Shown here piece after piece: positions 27,121-41,670 of a DNA stretch of 64,000 nucleotides. A program made the translations under genes and the position numbers. Within the stretch, counting starts at the first letter, position 1. Every line of letters begins with the position of its first letter. This DNA comes from the human T2T-CHM13v2.0 reference genome, Homo sapiens. The notes beneath the pieces are model-generated. The model was not told the origin of the DNA. It ran no database searches and worked only from the letters and a program-made list of their open reading frames with translations. Where the stretch lies: the NCBI RefSeq assembly GCF_009914755.1, contig NC_060936.1. One strand, 5' to 3'.

Positions 27121-27329
27121 TTTTGTGGCATTTTACTTAATCAAGTCCTAAGAAGAATAGAGAGATCCCAGGGATATGAGATGACTGGAGTTATTCAAGG
27201 GCAGCATCTGGAATAAGCCATTTCAGGAGTAAGAGCAATTCATCCAAGTTAATCAAGATAGCAATCTCCAAAAACCCCCCAGACTTTGTGACTGAGTCCA
27301 CAGAAGACATAAGTCTTATTCTACTCTAT

Positions 27330-29040
27330 ATGTTTCTTTCTAAAACTGGTCCTCACCTAACAATTCTCCAACCCAGTAAATGGCAGTACCATCACCATCA
27401 CCCATATTGTTTCAAACCAAAAAAAAAAACAAAAAAACTCAAGAATTATTGTGAATGCCTACCTCACCCTTATCTAAATATCTTAATCATTAGTGAAGTT
27501 TACTGGTTTTATCCATCTAAAAATTGTCTCCATCCTTCACCCACTCATTCCCATCTGTCATTACCATCATCAGGTTCTTCTTTATCTCTCACTTGGACTT
27601 TTACTGTGAACTCCCTGCTTCCTCACTTGTTCCCCCCTACAATTAATTATCCAGACAACAACAGTGTGATCATTTTTTAAAGTAAATAAGAAGTGGTACA
27701 GCTCTACCTAAAATCTTGAATAATCTCCCACTGAGCCCAGAATAAATCCAAAACTCCCCATTGTAACCTAGAAAGTTCTTCATAGTCTGGACCCTACTTG
27801 ACTCTTAATCTCAAATCACGCTACTCTTTTCCTTCTTCTGGCCACACTGGTCTCTTTTCTAATTTTTAGACACATAAATACACATATCTTGTCTCTCTGG
27901 CCAAATGTCAATTCCTCAGAGTTCTTCCCTGACCTCCATATCTTAAATGGCCCCAATCCTCTTCAATCTTGGGTTATTCTCATTCAATAATCTTTTTTTT
28001 TATCTTTTTCTTACCTTTTTAAAAGAAGTCTAAGGTATATAGCTTTTAAAGATCTGGTTCATTGAAGTGTAATTTGTAGAGTAAAATTCACTCTTTTTAA
28101 TTCCCAGCTATATGTGTTTCATCAAACACACAGATTTGTAACCATTATCAAAATTAAGCTATAGAACATTTCATCACCTCAATGAACTCTCCAAAAAGTT
28201 TTACAAAAACTGAAACAACCCAAATGTTCTTCAGCTGACAAATAAACAAACTGTAGTGAATTCATACAATGGAAGACCACTTAGCCATAAAAAGGACTAT
28301 GAATATATATATATACAAGGATGCATTACACTAAATGAGACGTTTGATTTAAGAAATTACATGTTGTATAGTTTCATTTATATGACTTTCTGGAAAAGGT
28401 AAGATCATAAGGGCATAAAACAAATCAGCATTTGTCAGGGCTGGGGTAGAGAAGGGGTGGATTATGAAGGGGCATGAGACAATTCATCCACCTCTTTTTT
28501 CATAGCTTTCATTATAATCTGTAATAATCTTGCTTATTTATTATTTAGTTATTAATTGTTGCCTTCCTCAAAAGGCATATTCCAAGAGGGCAGGAACCCA
28601 TCTCTTACTCACTTCTGTGTCTCCAGAAACTAGCATGGTGCCAGTTGTTTAACAGGTGATCGATTTTTCTTTGTTGAATGACTTAATGAATATGTAAGCC
28701 CTTCCCCAACTTGACCTTCTCCCTGAATCCTCAGCTTTAACCCATGATCCTGCCCTGTGAATATTACCTCCTAAGTAGTTCTCCTAGTCATCCCCTTTCC
28801 CTTACTGCCATATCCATGCCCTTGTTGTTTTTTACTTAGATGATTGTAATAGCTCCAAAAGTAGTTTTCCTACCTGTAGTCTTGCCCCTTCAACCACTGT
28901 CTCTAACTGCTGCTAGATATGATCAAATTACATCACTCCCATGCAACTTGATCATATCTAGCAGGAGTTAGAGACAGTGGATGAAGGGGCAAAACTTAAA
29001 AAAAAAAAAAATTAATGGTTCCCATTGCCTAGCAACCAAC
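27330..29040 (+). mobile_element. L2 fragments with old L1M pieces at ~28000-28490
   Basis: tctctcacttggactttt...ctccctgcttcc, agaataaatccaaaactcc, tail ttgttgaatgacttaatgaat. Confidence 0.65.
28882..28992. repeat. Long inverted repeat/hairpin (45-bp arms, 43/45 paired)
   Basis: Arms 28882-28926 and 28948-28992 are reverse complements with 2 mismatches. Confidence 0.95.
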
Positions 29041-31207
29041 CTAGCTATGGCTCTTCTCCATTCCCAGGTGCTCAACCCTAATCACCACCTACTAGCAGGG
29101 CTCTGCTCCTATCCAGATATGGCTCCCAGAACCACAATGCTGCTCATCTGTCCTAAGGATGACTCCTACCTCCAACTAAGTGAGTCCCTCATTCTGGAGG
29201 GTTCCTATTGTCTTCCTAGTCCCTCCCATCAGTGCCTCCTCAATCCCAGCATGCCTAATGGCTTCATGTCTCCAAATCTAAGTCAAATATCAAGGAATTT
29301 AGGGCTATCAGAGCAAATCATGTAATTATAAACTATGTTATTTCTCAAAGTTATACCCATAATCTCAACTCTCAAGATCCTAGTATACCAAATCTTGAAG
29401 TCACATATTTTTCAGCTAGTGATAGTGGCAATTATTTTCTCTGTTCCTCCATTGTGTTTTTAAAAGAATAAAGAAGTTGGCATTTACTTTTATTGAGTTA
29501 CCACAGTAGGCTGGAAATAAGCCTAAATTACTCTTTCCATAAAACTATCAAAAGCAGGATAGGTCAAAATCAACTTTTAATATGTGCCATCAAAGCCGTG
29601 AAATATGAAATTCATATGATTTTATTGGGCCCTTTGGGGGAATCACTAATGCTCATCAAAGGGCACAAGCTAAATAAGTTAAAGTATATCCATAAAATAT
29701 ATTACTCTGAAGTTGTAAGAAAAATGAATGAGGCTCTGGATTCCAGTACCAGTTTATACTCTTGCACCATTTGAGTTTCCAACTGCAAGCCTTTAACAGG
29801 GATCTGGGGGAAAAAAATGTTGTATGGAGGCAGGACAAGATTGCAGCTCTCACTGGGACAGACAGAGCAGCATGTGGAGACTTATATCATGAACTTTTAC
29901 TCCAGAGCTACTGCAGAAATATACCAGGAAAGCCGAAAGAATCCACAGACCCTATGAAGAAAGTGGTTTCCTCCTGCAGGACCCAGGAGACAGCCCAAAT
30001 ACTGTGAGCGCCCAAGTTGTGAAAGTGGGAAAGGGGTATTATCTGCCCCCGAACACACACCCTCACTGAGGAACCTCAAGGTCTAGATTAAGGGAAAAGG
30101 ATTTGACCTTACCTGGAGCTGAGTCAATTTAGAGAGCCGAGTGAAATACAGGGGTAGAGGAAGCAGCAGGAAAAGCCCTGTGGGCTCTCTAGGTCCCTGG
30201 GAAGCAATTTCTGACTTGCCTCACAGGGTTCCTTGGGGAGGGCTGCCAGAGGTACTGGGAAAAGACCACAGGGAGAAGGAAACCTCCAGCTGAACTTTGT
30301 AGCAATTCCAACCCAATGCGAAATCTCCTGGCCAGAACTCAGAGGAGGGGAATCCAGTAGACTCAACAGGCAGGGAGGTGCAAAAGCCCTAAGTGCTTTC
30401 TCAGTTGAGAGGCTGCTAGTCCAGGGAAAGTTCTCAGCCCTGCTCACCCACTGCCTAGAAACAAACTTGGTACCTACGGTGGGAGTGAGATTAGCCTTTT
30501 GTGTTGCATGGGAGCTGGGTGAGGCCTGTGACTGCCAGCTTTCCCCCACTTCCCTGACTACCTGCATGACACAGCAGAGGCAGCCATAATCTTCCTGGGA
30601 ATATAACTCCATTGACCTGGGAATCACACCCCCATCCCCCACAGCAGCTGCAGAAAGACTCACCCAAGGGGAGTCTAAGTTCAGACACACCTAACCCTTC
30701 CCCAACCTGATGGTCCTTCCCTACCCACCCTGGTAGCTGAAGACAAAAAGCATATTCTCCTGGGAGTTCTAGAGCCCCCACCTACTGCCTGATCCTCACT
30801 ATACTACCACAGCTGATGCCCTCTTGAAAGTGCCACTTCCTGGCAGGAGGCCAACCAGCACAAAAACAGTGCATTAAACAACCAAAATTAAGGATTCTCA
30901 CAGAGTCCATTTTACCCCCCTGCCACCTCCACTGGAGTAGGTGCTGGTTTCCACAGCTAAGAGATTTGCAAAAGGTTCACATCACAGGACTCTGTGTAGA
31001 CAACCCTTATTACCAGCCTGGAGCCTGGTAGCCCTGCTGGGTGGCTAGATCCAGAAGAGAAGTAACAATCACTACAGCTCAGCTCTCAGGAAGCCACATT
31101 GCCAGGAAAAGGGGGAGAGTACTACATCAAGGGAACACCCCATGGAACAATTTAATCTGAACAGCAGCCTTGAACCCCAGATCTTCCCTCTGACATAGCC
31201 TACCCAA

Positions 31208-32208
31208 ATGAGAAGGAAACAGAAAAACAATTCTGGTAATATGACAAAACAAGGTTCTTTACCACCCCCCAAAAAAATCACACTAGCTCACCAGCAATGG
31301 ATCCAAACCAAAAAACAAATCCCTTATTTACCTGAAAAATAATTCAGTAGGTCAATTAAGGAGCACCAGAAAAAGGTGAAGTCCAATTTAAGGAAATTGA
31401 AAACATGATATAAGAAATGAAGGGAGAAATCCTCAGTGAAATAGATAGCATAAGAAAAAAATCACAACTTCAGGAAATAAAGGACACACTTAGAGAAATG
31501 CAAAAGCTCCTGGAAAGTCTCAGCAATAGAATCAAAAACAGCAGAAGCAAGAACTTCAGAGTTCGAAGACAAGGTTTTCAAATTAACCCAATCCAACAAA
31601 GACAACAAAAAAAGAATTTTAGAAAATGAACAACACCTCCAAGAAGTTTGGGATTATGTTAAATGACCAAACCTAAGGATATTGGTGTTCCTGAGGAAGA
31701 AGAGAAATCTAAAAGTTTGGAAAACATATCTGGGGGAATAACTGAGGAAATCTTCCCCGGCCTTGCTAGAGACCTAGACATCCAAATACAAGAAGCTCAG
31801 AGAACACCTGGGAAATTCACTGTGAAAAGATCATCACCTAGGCACATTGTCATTAGGTTACCTAAAGTCAAGATAAAGGAAAGAATCATAAGAGCCATGA
31901 GGCAAAAGCACCAGGTACCCTATGAAGGAAAACCTGTCAGATTAACAGCGGATTTCTCAGCAGAAACCTGACAAGCCAGAATGGATTGGAAACCTTTCTT
32001 CAGCCTCCCTAAACAAAACAATTATCAGCCAAGAATTTTGGATCCAGTGAAACTAAGCTTCATAAATAAAGGAAAGATACACTCTTTTTCAGACAAACAA
32101 ATGCTGAAGTAATTTGCCACTAACAAGCCAGCACTAAACTGCTAAAAGGAGCTCTAAATCTTGAAAGAAATCCTGGAAACATCAAAACAGGACCTCTTTA
32201 AAGCATAA
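31208..32208 (+). pseudogene. L1 ORF1p, disrupted
   Basis: IGVPEEEEK...QIQEAQRTP...SPRHIVIRL...KPVRLTADFSAET; stops and frameshifts. Confidence 0.85.
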
Positions 32209-32265
32209 ATCTCATAGGAACTATAAAACAAAAATACAATTAAAAAAGACCAAGGTATACAGGCA

Positions 32266-35200
32266 ATGAATAGCACAATTAATGGATTAGTACCTCACAT
32301 CTCAATACTGACATTGAAAGTAAATTGCATAAATGCTCCACTTAAAAGATACAGAATTGCAGAACGGATAAGAATTCACCAACCAAGTATCTGCTGCCTT
32401 CAAGAGACTCCCCTGACACATAGGACTCACACAAACTTAAGGTAAAGGGGTGGAAAGACATTCCATACAAATGGACACCAAAAGCAAACAGAAATAGCTA
32501 TTGTTATATCAGACAAAATAAATTATAAAGCAACAACACTTAAAAAAGACAAAGACAGACATTATGTAATAATAAAAGGTCTTATCCAACAGGAAAATAT
32601 CACAATCCTAAATATATATGCACCTGACACTGGAGCTCCCAAATTTATAATACAGTTACTATTAGATCTAAGAAATGAGATAGAAAGCAACAAAATAATA
32701 GTGGAGGATTTCAATACTCCACTGACAGCACTAGACAGGCCATCATGGCAGAAAGTCAACAAAGAAACAATGGATTTAAACTATACCCTAGAACAAATGG
32801 ACTTAACAGATATTTACAGAACATTCTACCCAACAACTGCAGAATATACATTCCATTCATCAGTGCATGGAACTCTCTCCAAGATAGACCATGTGATAGG
32901 CCACAAAACAAGCCTCAATACATTTAAGAAAGTTGACATTATATCAAGTACTCTCTCAGACCACAGCAGAATAAAACTGGAAATCAACTCCAGAAAGAAC
33001 TTTCAAAGCCATGCAAATACATGGAAATTAAATAATCTCTTCCTGAATGACCATTGGGTCAACAACGAAATCGATAGAAATTTAAAAATTCTTTGAACTA
33101 AACAATAATAGTGACACAACCCATAAAAATCTCTGGATACAGCAAATATGATGCAAGGAGGAAAGTTTATACTCTTACATGCCTATATCAAAAAGTCTAA
33201 AAGAGCACAAATAGACAATCTAAGGTCACACCTCAAGGAACTAGAGAAAAAAGAACAAACCAAACCCAAACCCAGCAGAAAAAAGGAAATAAAAATCAAA
33301 ACAGAACTAAATGAAATTGAAACAAAAAAGAAATATAAAAATAAATGAACAAAAAGTGTGTTCTTTGAAAAGATAAATAAAATTAATAGACCATTAGCAA
33401 GATTAACCAAGAGAAGAGAAGATCCAAATAAGCTCAATTGGAAAGAAAATGAGAGATATTACAACCAACATCAGAGAAATACAAAATATCATTCAAGGCT
33501 AGCATGAACATTTTTACCTACATAAAATAGAAAACCTAAAGGAGATGGATACATTCCTAGAAATACACAACCCTCCTAGCTTAAATCAGGAAGAATTAGA
33601 AACCCTGAACAGAACAATAACAAGCAGCGAGATTGAAATTATATTTTAAAAATTACCAGCCAAAAAAAGTCCAGAACCAGGCAGATTCACAGTTGAATTC
33701 TAGCAGACATTCAAAGAATTGGTACCAATCCTATTGACAGTATTCCACAAGATACAGAAAGAGGGAATCCTCCCTAAATCATTCTATGAAGCCAGTAGCA
33801 CCCTAATATGAAAACAAGGGAAGGGCATAACAAAAAAATACAGACCAATATCCCTCATGAACATAGATGCAAAAATCCTTAACAAAATACTAGCTAACCA
33901 GATCCAACAGCATATCAAAAAGATAATCCACCATGATCAAATGTGTTTCATACCAGGGATGTAGGAATGGTTTAAGATATGACAGTCAATAAATATGATA
34001 CACCACACAAACAGAATTAAAAACAAAAATCACATGATAAACTCAGTAGATGCAGAAAAAGCATTTGACAAAATCCAATATCTCCTTATGATTAAAACCC
34101 TCAGCAAAATTGGCATACAAGTGACATGCCTCAATGTAATAAAAGCCACCTATGACAAATTCACAGCCAACATACTACAGAACGAGGAAAAGTTGAAAGT
34201 ATTCCCTCTGAGAACTGGAACAAGACAAGGATGCCCACTCTCAACACTTCTATTCAACATAGTACTGGAAGTCCTAGCCAGAGCAATCAGACAAGAGAAA
34301 TAAATCAAGGGCATCCAAATCAGTAAAAAGGAAGTCAAACCTGTTGCTGTTTGCTGATGATATGATTGTATACTTAGAAAACCCTAAAGACTCCTTTAGA
34401 AAGCTCCTAGAACTGATAAACGAATTCAACAAAGTTTCAGGATACAAAATTAATGTACACAAATTAGTAGCTCTGCTAAACACCAATAGTGACCAAGCTA
34501 AGAATCAAATAAAAAACTCAACCCTTTTTACAGTAGTTGCAAAAATAAAATAAAATACTTAGGAATACCTAACCAAGGAGGTGAAAGACCTCTACAAGGA
34601 AAACTACAAAATACTGCTGAAAGAAATTGTAGTTCACATAAACAAATGGAAACACATCCCATGTTCACAGATGGGCAGAATCAATGCTGTGAAAATGACC
34701 ATACCGCCAAAAGCAATCTACAAATTCAATGCAATTCCCATCAAAATACCACCATCATTCTTCACGGAACTAGAAAAATCATATGAAACCAAAAAAGAGC
34801 CTGCATAGATAAAGCAAGACCAAGCAAAAAGAACAAATCTGGAAGCATTACATTACCCAACTTCAAACTATACTGTAAGGCCATAGTCACCAAAACAGCA
34901 TGGTACTAATATAAAAATATGCACATAGACCAATGGAACAGAATAGCAAACCCAGAGATAAACCTAAATACTTACAGCCAGCTGATCTTTGACAAAGCAA
35001 ACAAAAACATAAAGTGAGGAAAGGACACCCTATTCAACAAATGGTGCTGGGATAATTGGGAAGCCACATGTAGAAGAATGAAACTGGATCCTCATCTCTC
35101 ACATTATACAAAATTCTACCCAAGATGGATCAAGGAGTTAAATCTAAGACCCAACACTATAAAAATTCTAGAAGATAACATTGGAAAAACCCTTCTAGAC

Positions 35201-36046
35201 ATTGGCTTAAGCAAGGATTTCATGACCAAGAACCCAAAAGCAAATGCAATAAAAACAAAGATAAATAGGTAGAACTTAATTAAACTAAAGAGCTTTTGCA
35301 TGGCAAAACGAAAAGTCAGCAGAGTAAACAGACAACCCACAGAATGGGAGAAAATCTTCACAATCTATACATCTGAGAAAGGACTAATATCCAGAATCTA
35401 AAACAAACTCAAACAAATTAGCAAGAAAAAAACAATCCCATCAAGAAGTGGGCTAGGGACATGAATAGACAATTCTCAAAAGATATACAAATGGCCAACA
35501 AACATATGAAAAAATGCTCAACAACACTAATAATCAGGGAAATCCAAATCAAAACCACAATGCGATACCACCTTACTCCCATAAGAATGGCCATAATCAA
35601 AAAATAATAGATGTTGGTATGGATGTGGTGAAAAGAGAACACTTCTACACTGCTGGTGGGAAAGTAAACTAGTGCAACCGCTATGGAAAACAGTGTGGAG
35701 ATTCTTTAAAGAACTAAAAGTAGAACTACCATTTGATTCAGCAATCTCACTACTGGGTATCTACCCATAGGAAAACAAGTCATTATATGAAAAAGATTCT
35801 TGGACATGCTTGTTTATATAAGCACAATTCACAGTTGCAAAAATGTGGAACCAGCCCAAATGTCCATCAATCAACGGGTGGATAAACCGTGATATATATA
35901 TGATGGAATACTACTCAGCCATAAAAAGGAATGAATTAATAGCATTCACAGCAACCTGTATGGGAATGGAGACTATTATTCTAAGTGAAGTAACTCAGGA
36001 ATGGAAAACCAAACGTCGTATGTTCTCACTCATAAGTGGAAGCTAA
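32266..36046 (+). pseudogene. L1 ORF2p (endonuclease/RT), disrupted
   Basis: [23 protein letters not shown] and LFADDMIVY motifs split over many short ORFs. Confidence 0.9.
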
Positions 36047-37079
36047 GCTATGAGGATGCTAAGGCATAAGAATGATAGAGGGACTTTGAGGATTCAGGGG
36101 AAATAGTAGGAAGTGGATGAGGGATAAAAGGCTACAAATTGGGTTCAGTGTATAATACTCTGATGATGGGTGCACCAAAATCTCACAAATCACCACTAAA
36201 GAACTTACTCATGTAACCAAACACCACCTGTTCCCCAAAAGACTATGGAAATAAAAAAAAAAAGAAAATAAAGAAAGAAAAAAAAAGAAAAATGAATGAG
36301 AAAGCACTCAATGCACTGACGTGGGAAGAGCTCCAAGATACAGTGATAAGTGAAGACTGAGGTGCAGAATACCGCTGCTCATCTGTATACTTTCATTTGC
36401 TCATAAACACACTTTTTTGCTTAGAGAAAATATTGAAGGATTCTCAAGAAAACAGTAAAAGTGTTTTCCCATGGGAGAAAGGGGAATGAGGCAGATTGGA
36501 GCAGAAGTAGGAAAAAGACTGTCTACTATGTACCTCTTTATATTTTTAGTTTTTGAACCATGTAAATGTATTATCCCCCCCCAAAAAAATTTTCAGTTCT
36601 TTTTAAGTAGAATTTGAGTGTGTACCACAATGTGATACTCAAAAAACTCATTAAAATTACATTACTCCAAGAGTTTGAAGCCATTATAAAATCAACTAAA
36701 CCTTTCAATGGCCCTGATATGAATACATATGTAATGAATTTTATTAGCATATAAATATAAGTGAATGAATAAACACATTCAAAATAATGCGTTGTTCAAA
36801 TGAAAATGTAGCAGTTACCTGCTTTATCAGTTGTCCTAAAAACTTCATTATCTCTTAGGTAGTAAATTGGACAGGCACATTTAAATATATCCTTTCAGGT
36901 CAGTGAAATGGTCCTAAAAATGGAGTTTATGGACAGTCGCAGGTTGTCAAAATCATCTATGGTGACAATGTTATGGGGAATATAACTAATACAATTATAT
37001 ATCTTTTGGGCTTGACACAAAATGATGTTCTTTTGCTTGTCCTGTATCAATTTATTTAGGGAAATCATCCTTCTACTAT

Positions 37080-37113
37080 TCTCTCTCTTTATCTGCCTTT
37101 CTCTCTCTTTCTG

Positions 37114-37154
<41 letters not shown>
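37080..37154. repeat. (CT)n-(CA)n compound microsatellite
   Basis: Directly visible. Confidence 0.9.
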
Positions 37155-37155
<1 letters not shown>

Positions 37156-37169
37156 TTTGTGTAATTTAA

Positions 37170-37907
<738 letters not shown>

Positions 37908-38009
37908 TTAAAAATATTTTTGTTTCTTTATTCTTTAAATGAAACAATCCTGAAAACAATCACAGTTAACTCTAGTTACCTTTACATGCACATTCCTCTT
38001 ATGTATTCA

Positions 38010-38400
38010 TTAAAGAGGCTAATTAACTTAATTATTTGTTCTTTGAAAAAAATCTTATTCAGTTACACTATATGCTAGATATTATTCTAGACAGTGGGGA
38101 TACAAGAGGAGAAGTCTCTGCCCTCACAAAATTGACATATTAGTGGAGAGTGACAAAAAAAAACAAATATATCTACAATAGATTGGATGGTGATTTTTCT
38201 ATTGCTAAGATGAAAAACATAAAATAAGAGATACATTTTCATACAGGGTGATACATTTTCATACAGGGTGACATGAAAACAAAGATTCACAGGCTCAGAT
38301 GGAGTAGCCATGTGAGATCTTGGTTGAGAGTCATTCCAAGCACTGGGAACAGCCAGTGTGTGAAAGAATGGAGAGGCAGGGGATAGGGAAGGGGGTCAGA
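38010..38400 (-). mobile_element. L2 fragment containing a 20-bp tandem duplication (38230-38269)
   Basis: ctatatgctagatattattctagacagtgggga...tctgccctcac. Confidence 0.6.
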
Positions 38401-38558
38401 AGGTGGGGGAGAGGAGGCTCTTAAATCAAGCTTTGTCACCTTGAAATGGCAAAAACAGAAAATAAAGAGGAGAAAGAGCTACAAAGATATTGGATAAACA
38501 ATATGAAATAAGGTCAAAAGTAAGGATCCAATTTGATTTAAATCAAAAACTATTCATT

Positions 38559-39720
38559 CTAAAACCTAAAACTATAAAAACCCAGAAAGATAACCTAGGC
38601 AATAGCATTCTGGACATAGGACTTGGCAAAGATTTCAAGAGAAAGACACCAAAAGCAATTGCAACAAAAACAAAAATTGACAAATGGGATCTAATTAAAC
38701 TAAATAGCTTCTACACAGTAAAAGAAACTATCAACAGAGTAAACAGACAACCTACAGAAAAGGAGAAAGTATTTGCAAACTATGCTTCCAACAATGGTCT
38801 AATACCCAGAATCTATGAGGAACTGAAACAAATTTACAAGCAAAAAACAAACAACACCATTACAAAGTGGACAAAGGACCTGAACAGAAACTTTTCAAAA
38901 TAAGACATACATGTGGCCAACAAGCAAATGAAAAAATGCTCAACATCACTAATCATTAGAGAAATGCAAATCAAAACCACAATGAAATACCATCTCGCAC
39001 CAGTTAGAATGGCTATTACTAAATGTCAAAGAATAACAGATGCAAGATTGCAGAGAAAAGGGAACACTTATACACTGCTGGTGGGAGTGTAATTTAGTTC
39101 AGCCATTGTGGAAAGCAGTATGGCACTTTCTCAAAGAACTTAAAATAGAATTATCATTTGATCCAGCAATCACATTATTAGATATATATACCCCCAAAGG
39201 AATATAAATCATTCTAACATAAAGATACATGCACATGTGTCTTCCTTGCAGCACTATTCACAATAGCAAAGACATGGAGTCAACCCAAATGCCTATCAAT
39301 GTTGGACTGGATAAAGAAAATGTGGTACATATACACCGTGGAATACTATGCAGCCATAAAAAAGAATGAGATCATGTTTTTTGCACCAATATGGATGAAG
39401 CCGGAGGCCATTATCTGAAGCAAACTAACACAGAAACAGAAGCCTAAATACCACATGTTCTCACTTATAAGTGGAAGCTAAAAACAAAAAAACATGGATA
39501 CTAGAAGGGAAACAAGAGGCACTAGGGCCTACTTGAGGGTGGAGTGGAGGAGGAGGGAAAGAATCAGAAAAAATACCCTATGGGATACTATGCTTATTAC
39601 CTGGTGAGGAAGTTGTCTGTACACCAAACCCCTGTGGTACACAGTTCACCATATAACAAACCTGCACTTGTACTCCTGAACTAAAATAAAAGTTAAAAAT
39701 TAATAATATAAATAAATAAA
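38559..39720 (+). mobile_element. 5'-truncated L1 (L1PA16-like)
   Basis: ORF2 C-terminus ([13 protein letters not shown]) and 3'UTR; degenerate TSD aaaaac(tat/cac)tcatt at 38545-38558 and 39718-39731. Confidence 0.88.
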
Positions 39721-40559
39721 AACCACTCATTAAACATGTAATCAGAACCAACTTCCCATTGGTTTGATGTGTAATTTTTATTGTTTGGATATGATTAGAT
39801 ACTATCAATTCAGATGATTTGGATATTGTATAGATTTGGATATTGGATATTAAAGTATGGATAGTACTATTTGGATATTGTGAATATTATGTGTTCAGGA
39901 TAGCATTAACTTACTGAGTCTGTACAGGATCAAATCATCCCTGCATAAGCAATAGTATCCTACTGAAAGGGTAAGGTTTTCATCTTGTCACTTCATACGG
40001 CCTATCACTCACCCAACTCTACCCAACCCCTGAGGAAAAGGTTTGTGCCTCAAACCAGAAAAAAAGCTAAGTGGGAGGTTCCTAGGAGGGCACTGGAGTA
40101 GGAACTCTCTCTTTTCCATTACTGTGGATCAAGGAGGCAGAGACGGAAGCTTAAGAAGACACACACCTCTTAAATGGCAAGAGGCAGCTGGGACTTGAGA
40201 GACCCAATCCAGTTGTACCAGTCATGGAGCATGGGAGATTAACTAAGGAAGGGTCAGAAACCCCTTCTTTATAAGACTTTTTTGCTGCTAGCATTTTCTT
40301 TCTTTATATTTGCTTGATATTGAGTAAAGTCTTTCTTAAAAATCATCACAGATGAGCTAAAATAAGTGAAAGGGAGAGAATTTCTACCATTTTAAAGAGA
40401 GAGGAGTACCACAGGAACAGCAGCGATTCCAAGAGAGGGCTTGAGAGAAAGTGAGACAAAAATTTTTTTCCTGACTTGGTTAGAGCCACTGCCCATCTGG
40501 ACAGCATGTGTGCATGGGCAATCTTGGAGGTGACAATTCAGAGCAGGGGTTATAAAATC

Positions 40560-40830
40560 ATGTAGGCCCACATCCAAGTCTCATCTCCACATCCTGATCT
40601 CTATACAAGCTAGGGCAACTTACCTTCTCTATTCCTGTTTTTACCTTTACAAAATGGGGCTAATGCTATCCCGCAACAACTATTACCCCAATTTTACAGA
40701 TGAAAAACTAAGTAACTTATCAAAGTTACAGAAGTAGTAAGTATTGAAAGCAAGTCTCAAATCCACTCTTTCTTACTCTGAAGCCCATGTTTTTAACCCC
40801 ATTCCATACTGCTTCCACATTTTAGAGTAA
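40560..40830. mobile_element. Two opposed MIR fragments
   Basis: aaaatggggctaat (+) then attacccaattttacagatgaaaaact (-). Confidence 0.6.
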
Positions 40831-40899
40831 GCACAGCCAGCAATATAAGTGTCCAAAAGAGAAACTAGAAGATCACCCTGGCCTCCACTTCCTCACTTA

Positions 40900-41670
40900 T
40901 CCCTCAGATCTATGCACAGCCGTTTCCTGTCAACCTCACCCTCTCAATGTCCTCCAGTCCCATTCCCTCCTCTGCAGTCCTCTGCCACCTATTAGCATCT
41001 TCATCCACATCCCTGCTTGCAGTTCACCTCCGTTGAATTCTCTTTCTCACATTATCTTTCTAAATCCCAAGTTTAAATATGGCACTGGCCTTCTTAATAG
41101 TGTTCATTGATTTCCCACCATTTAAACAGTGGTTCTCAAACTGCATCATGCATAAAAATCACCTGGTGAACATGTTAAAATGCAAATTTTGATTCACATA
41201 TGTCTAAGGGGATAAGCCTAGGGATGTGCACTCTTAGCAGTCATCCCGGGTGACTGATACAAATGATCAACTTCTTATTTCTCCAAGTGTGGCTCAGGAC
41301 CCAGCATCACCAACGTTACCTGGGAGCTTGTTAGTTATGAAGATTCTCTGGCCTCACCCTAAAACCTGCTGGATCAGGATCTGAATTTTAACAAATCCCC
41401 AGCCCATCACACTCTGACCTAAAGAACCAAACACAAAGTCCTTTCTATGGTATAGGAGGCTGGTCATGACCCACCATCTTTTTATCTCTTGCCCTCAACC
41501 CCATCTCACAGGACTCTCTCCTCTGTGATCCAAGTATGACAAAGTAGGAAAACTGAGGCACCAAAAAGCTAAGGCAGTGAGTCTCGTCTTCTTCATATTG
41601 GTCAGCCCAGTGCCTAGCACAGTCCCTAATACATGAGTCATGTTGATTCATTGATACATTTTGAATTTAA
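40900..41670 (+). mobile_element. L2 interrupted by MER5-type hAT elements (~41126-41400)
   Basis: cagtggttctcaaactgcat...aatcacctgg; acctgggagcttgttag...tctgaattttaacaa; L2 tail. Confidence 0.65.

Larger units (their letters stand above)
29733..36284 (+). mobile_element. Full-length L1PB1-type LINE (L1PBa-type 5'UTR from ~29806) with ~73 nt extra 5' sequence, inserted in an L1ME
   Basis: 5'UTR, ORF1, ORF2, 3'UTR and A tail present; perfect 16-bp TSD aagaaaaatgaatgag at 29717-29732 and 36285-36300. Confidence 0.93.

Noticed and set aside
30124-30781. 188-, 118- and 96-aa ORFs
   Set aside because: They lie in the L1PB 5'UTR and show no recognisable domain; chance ORFs in GC-richer repeat sequence.
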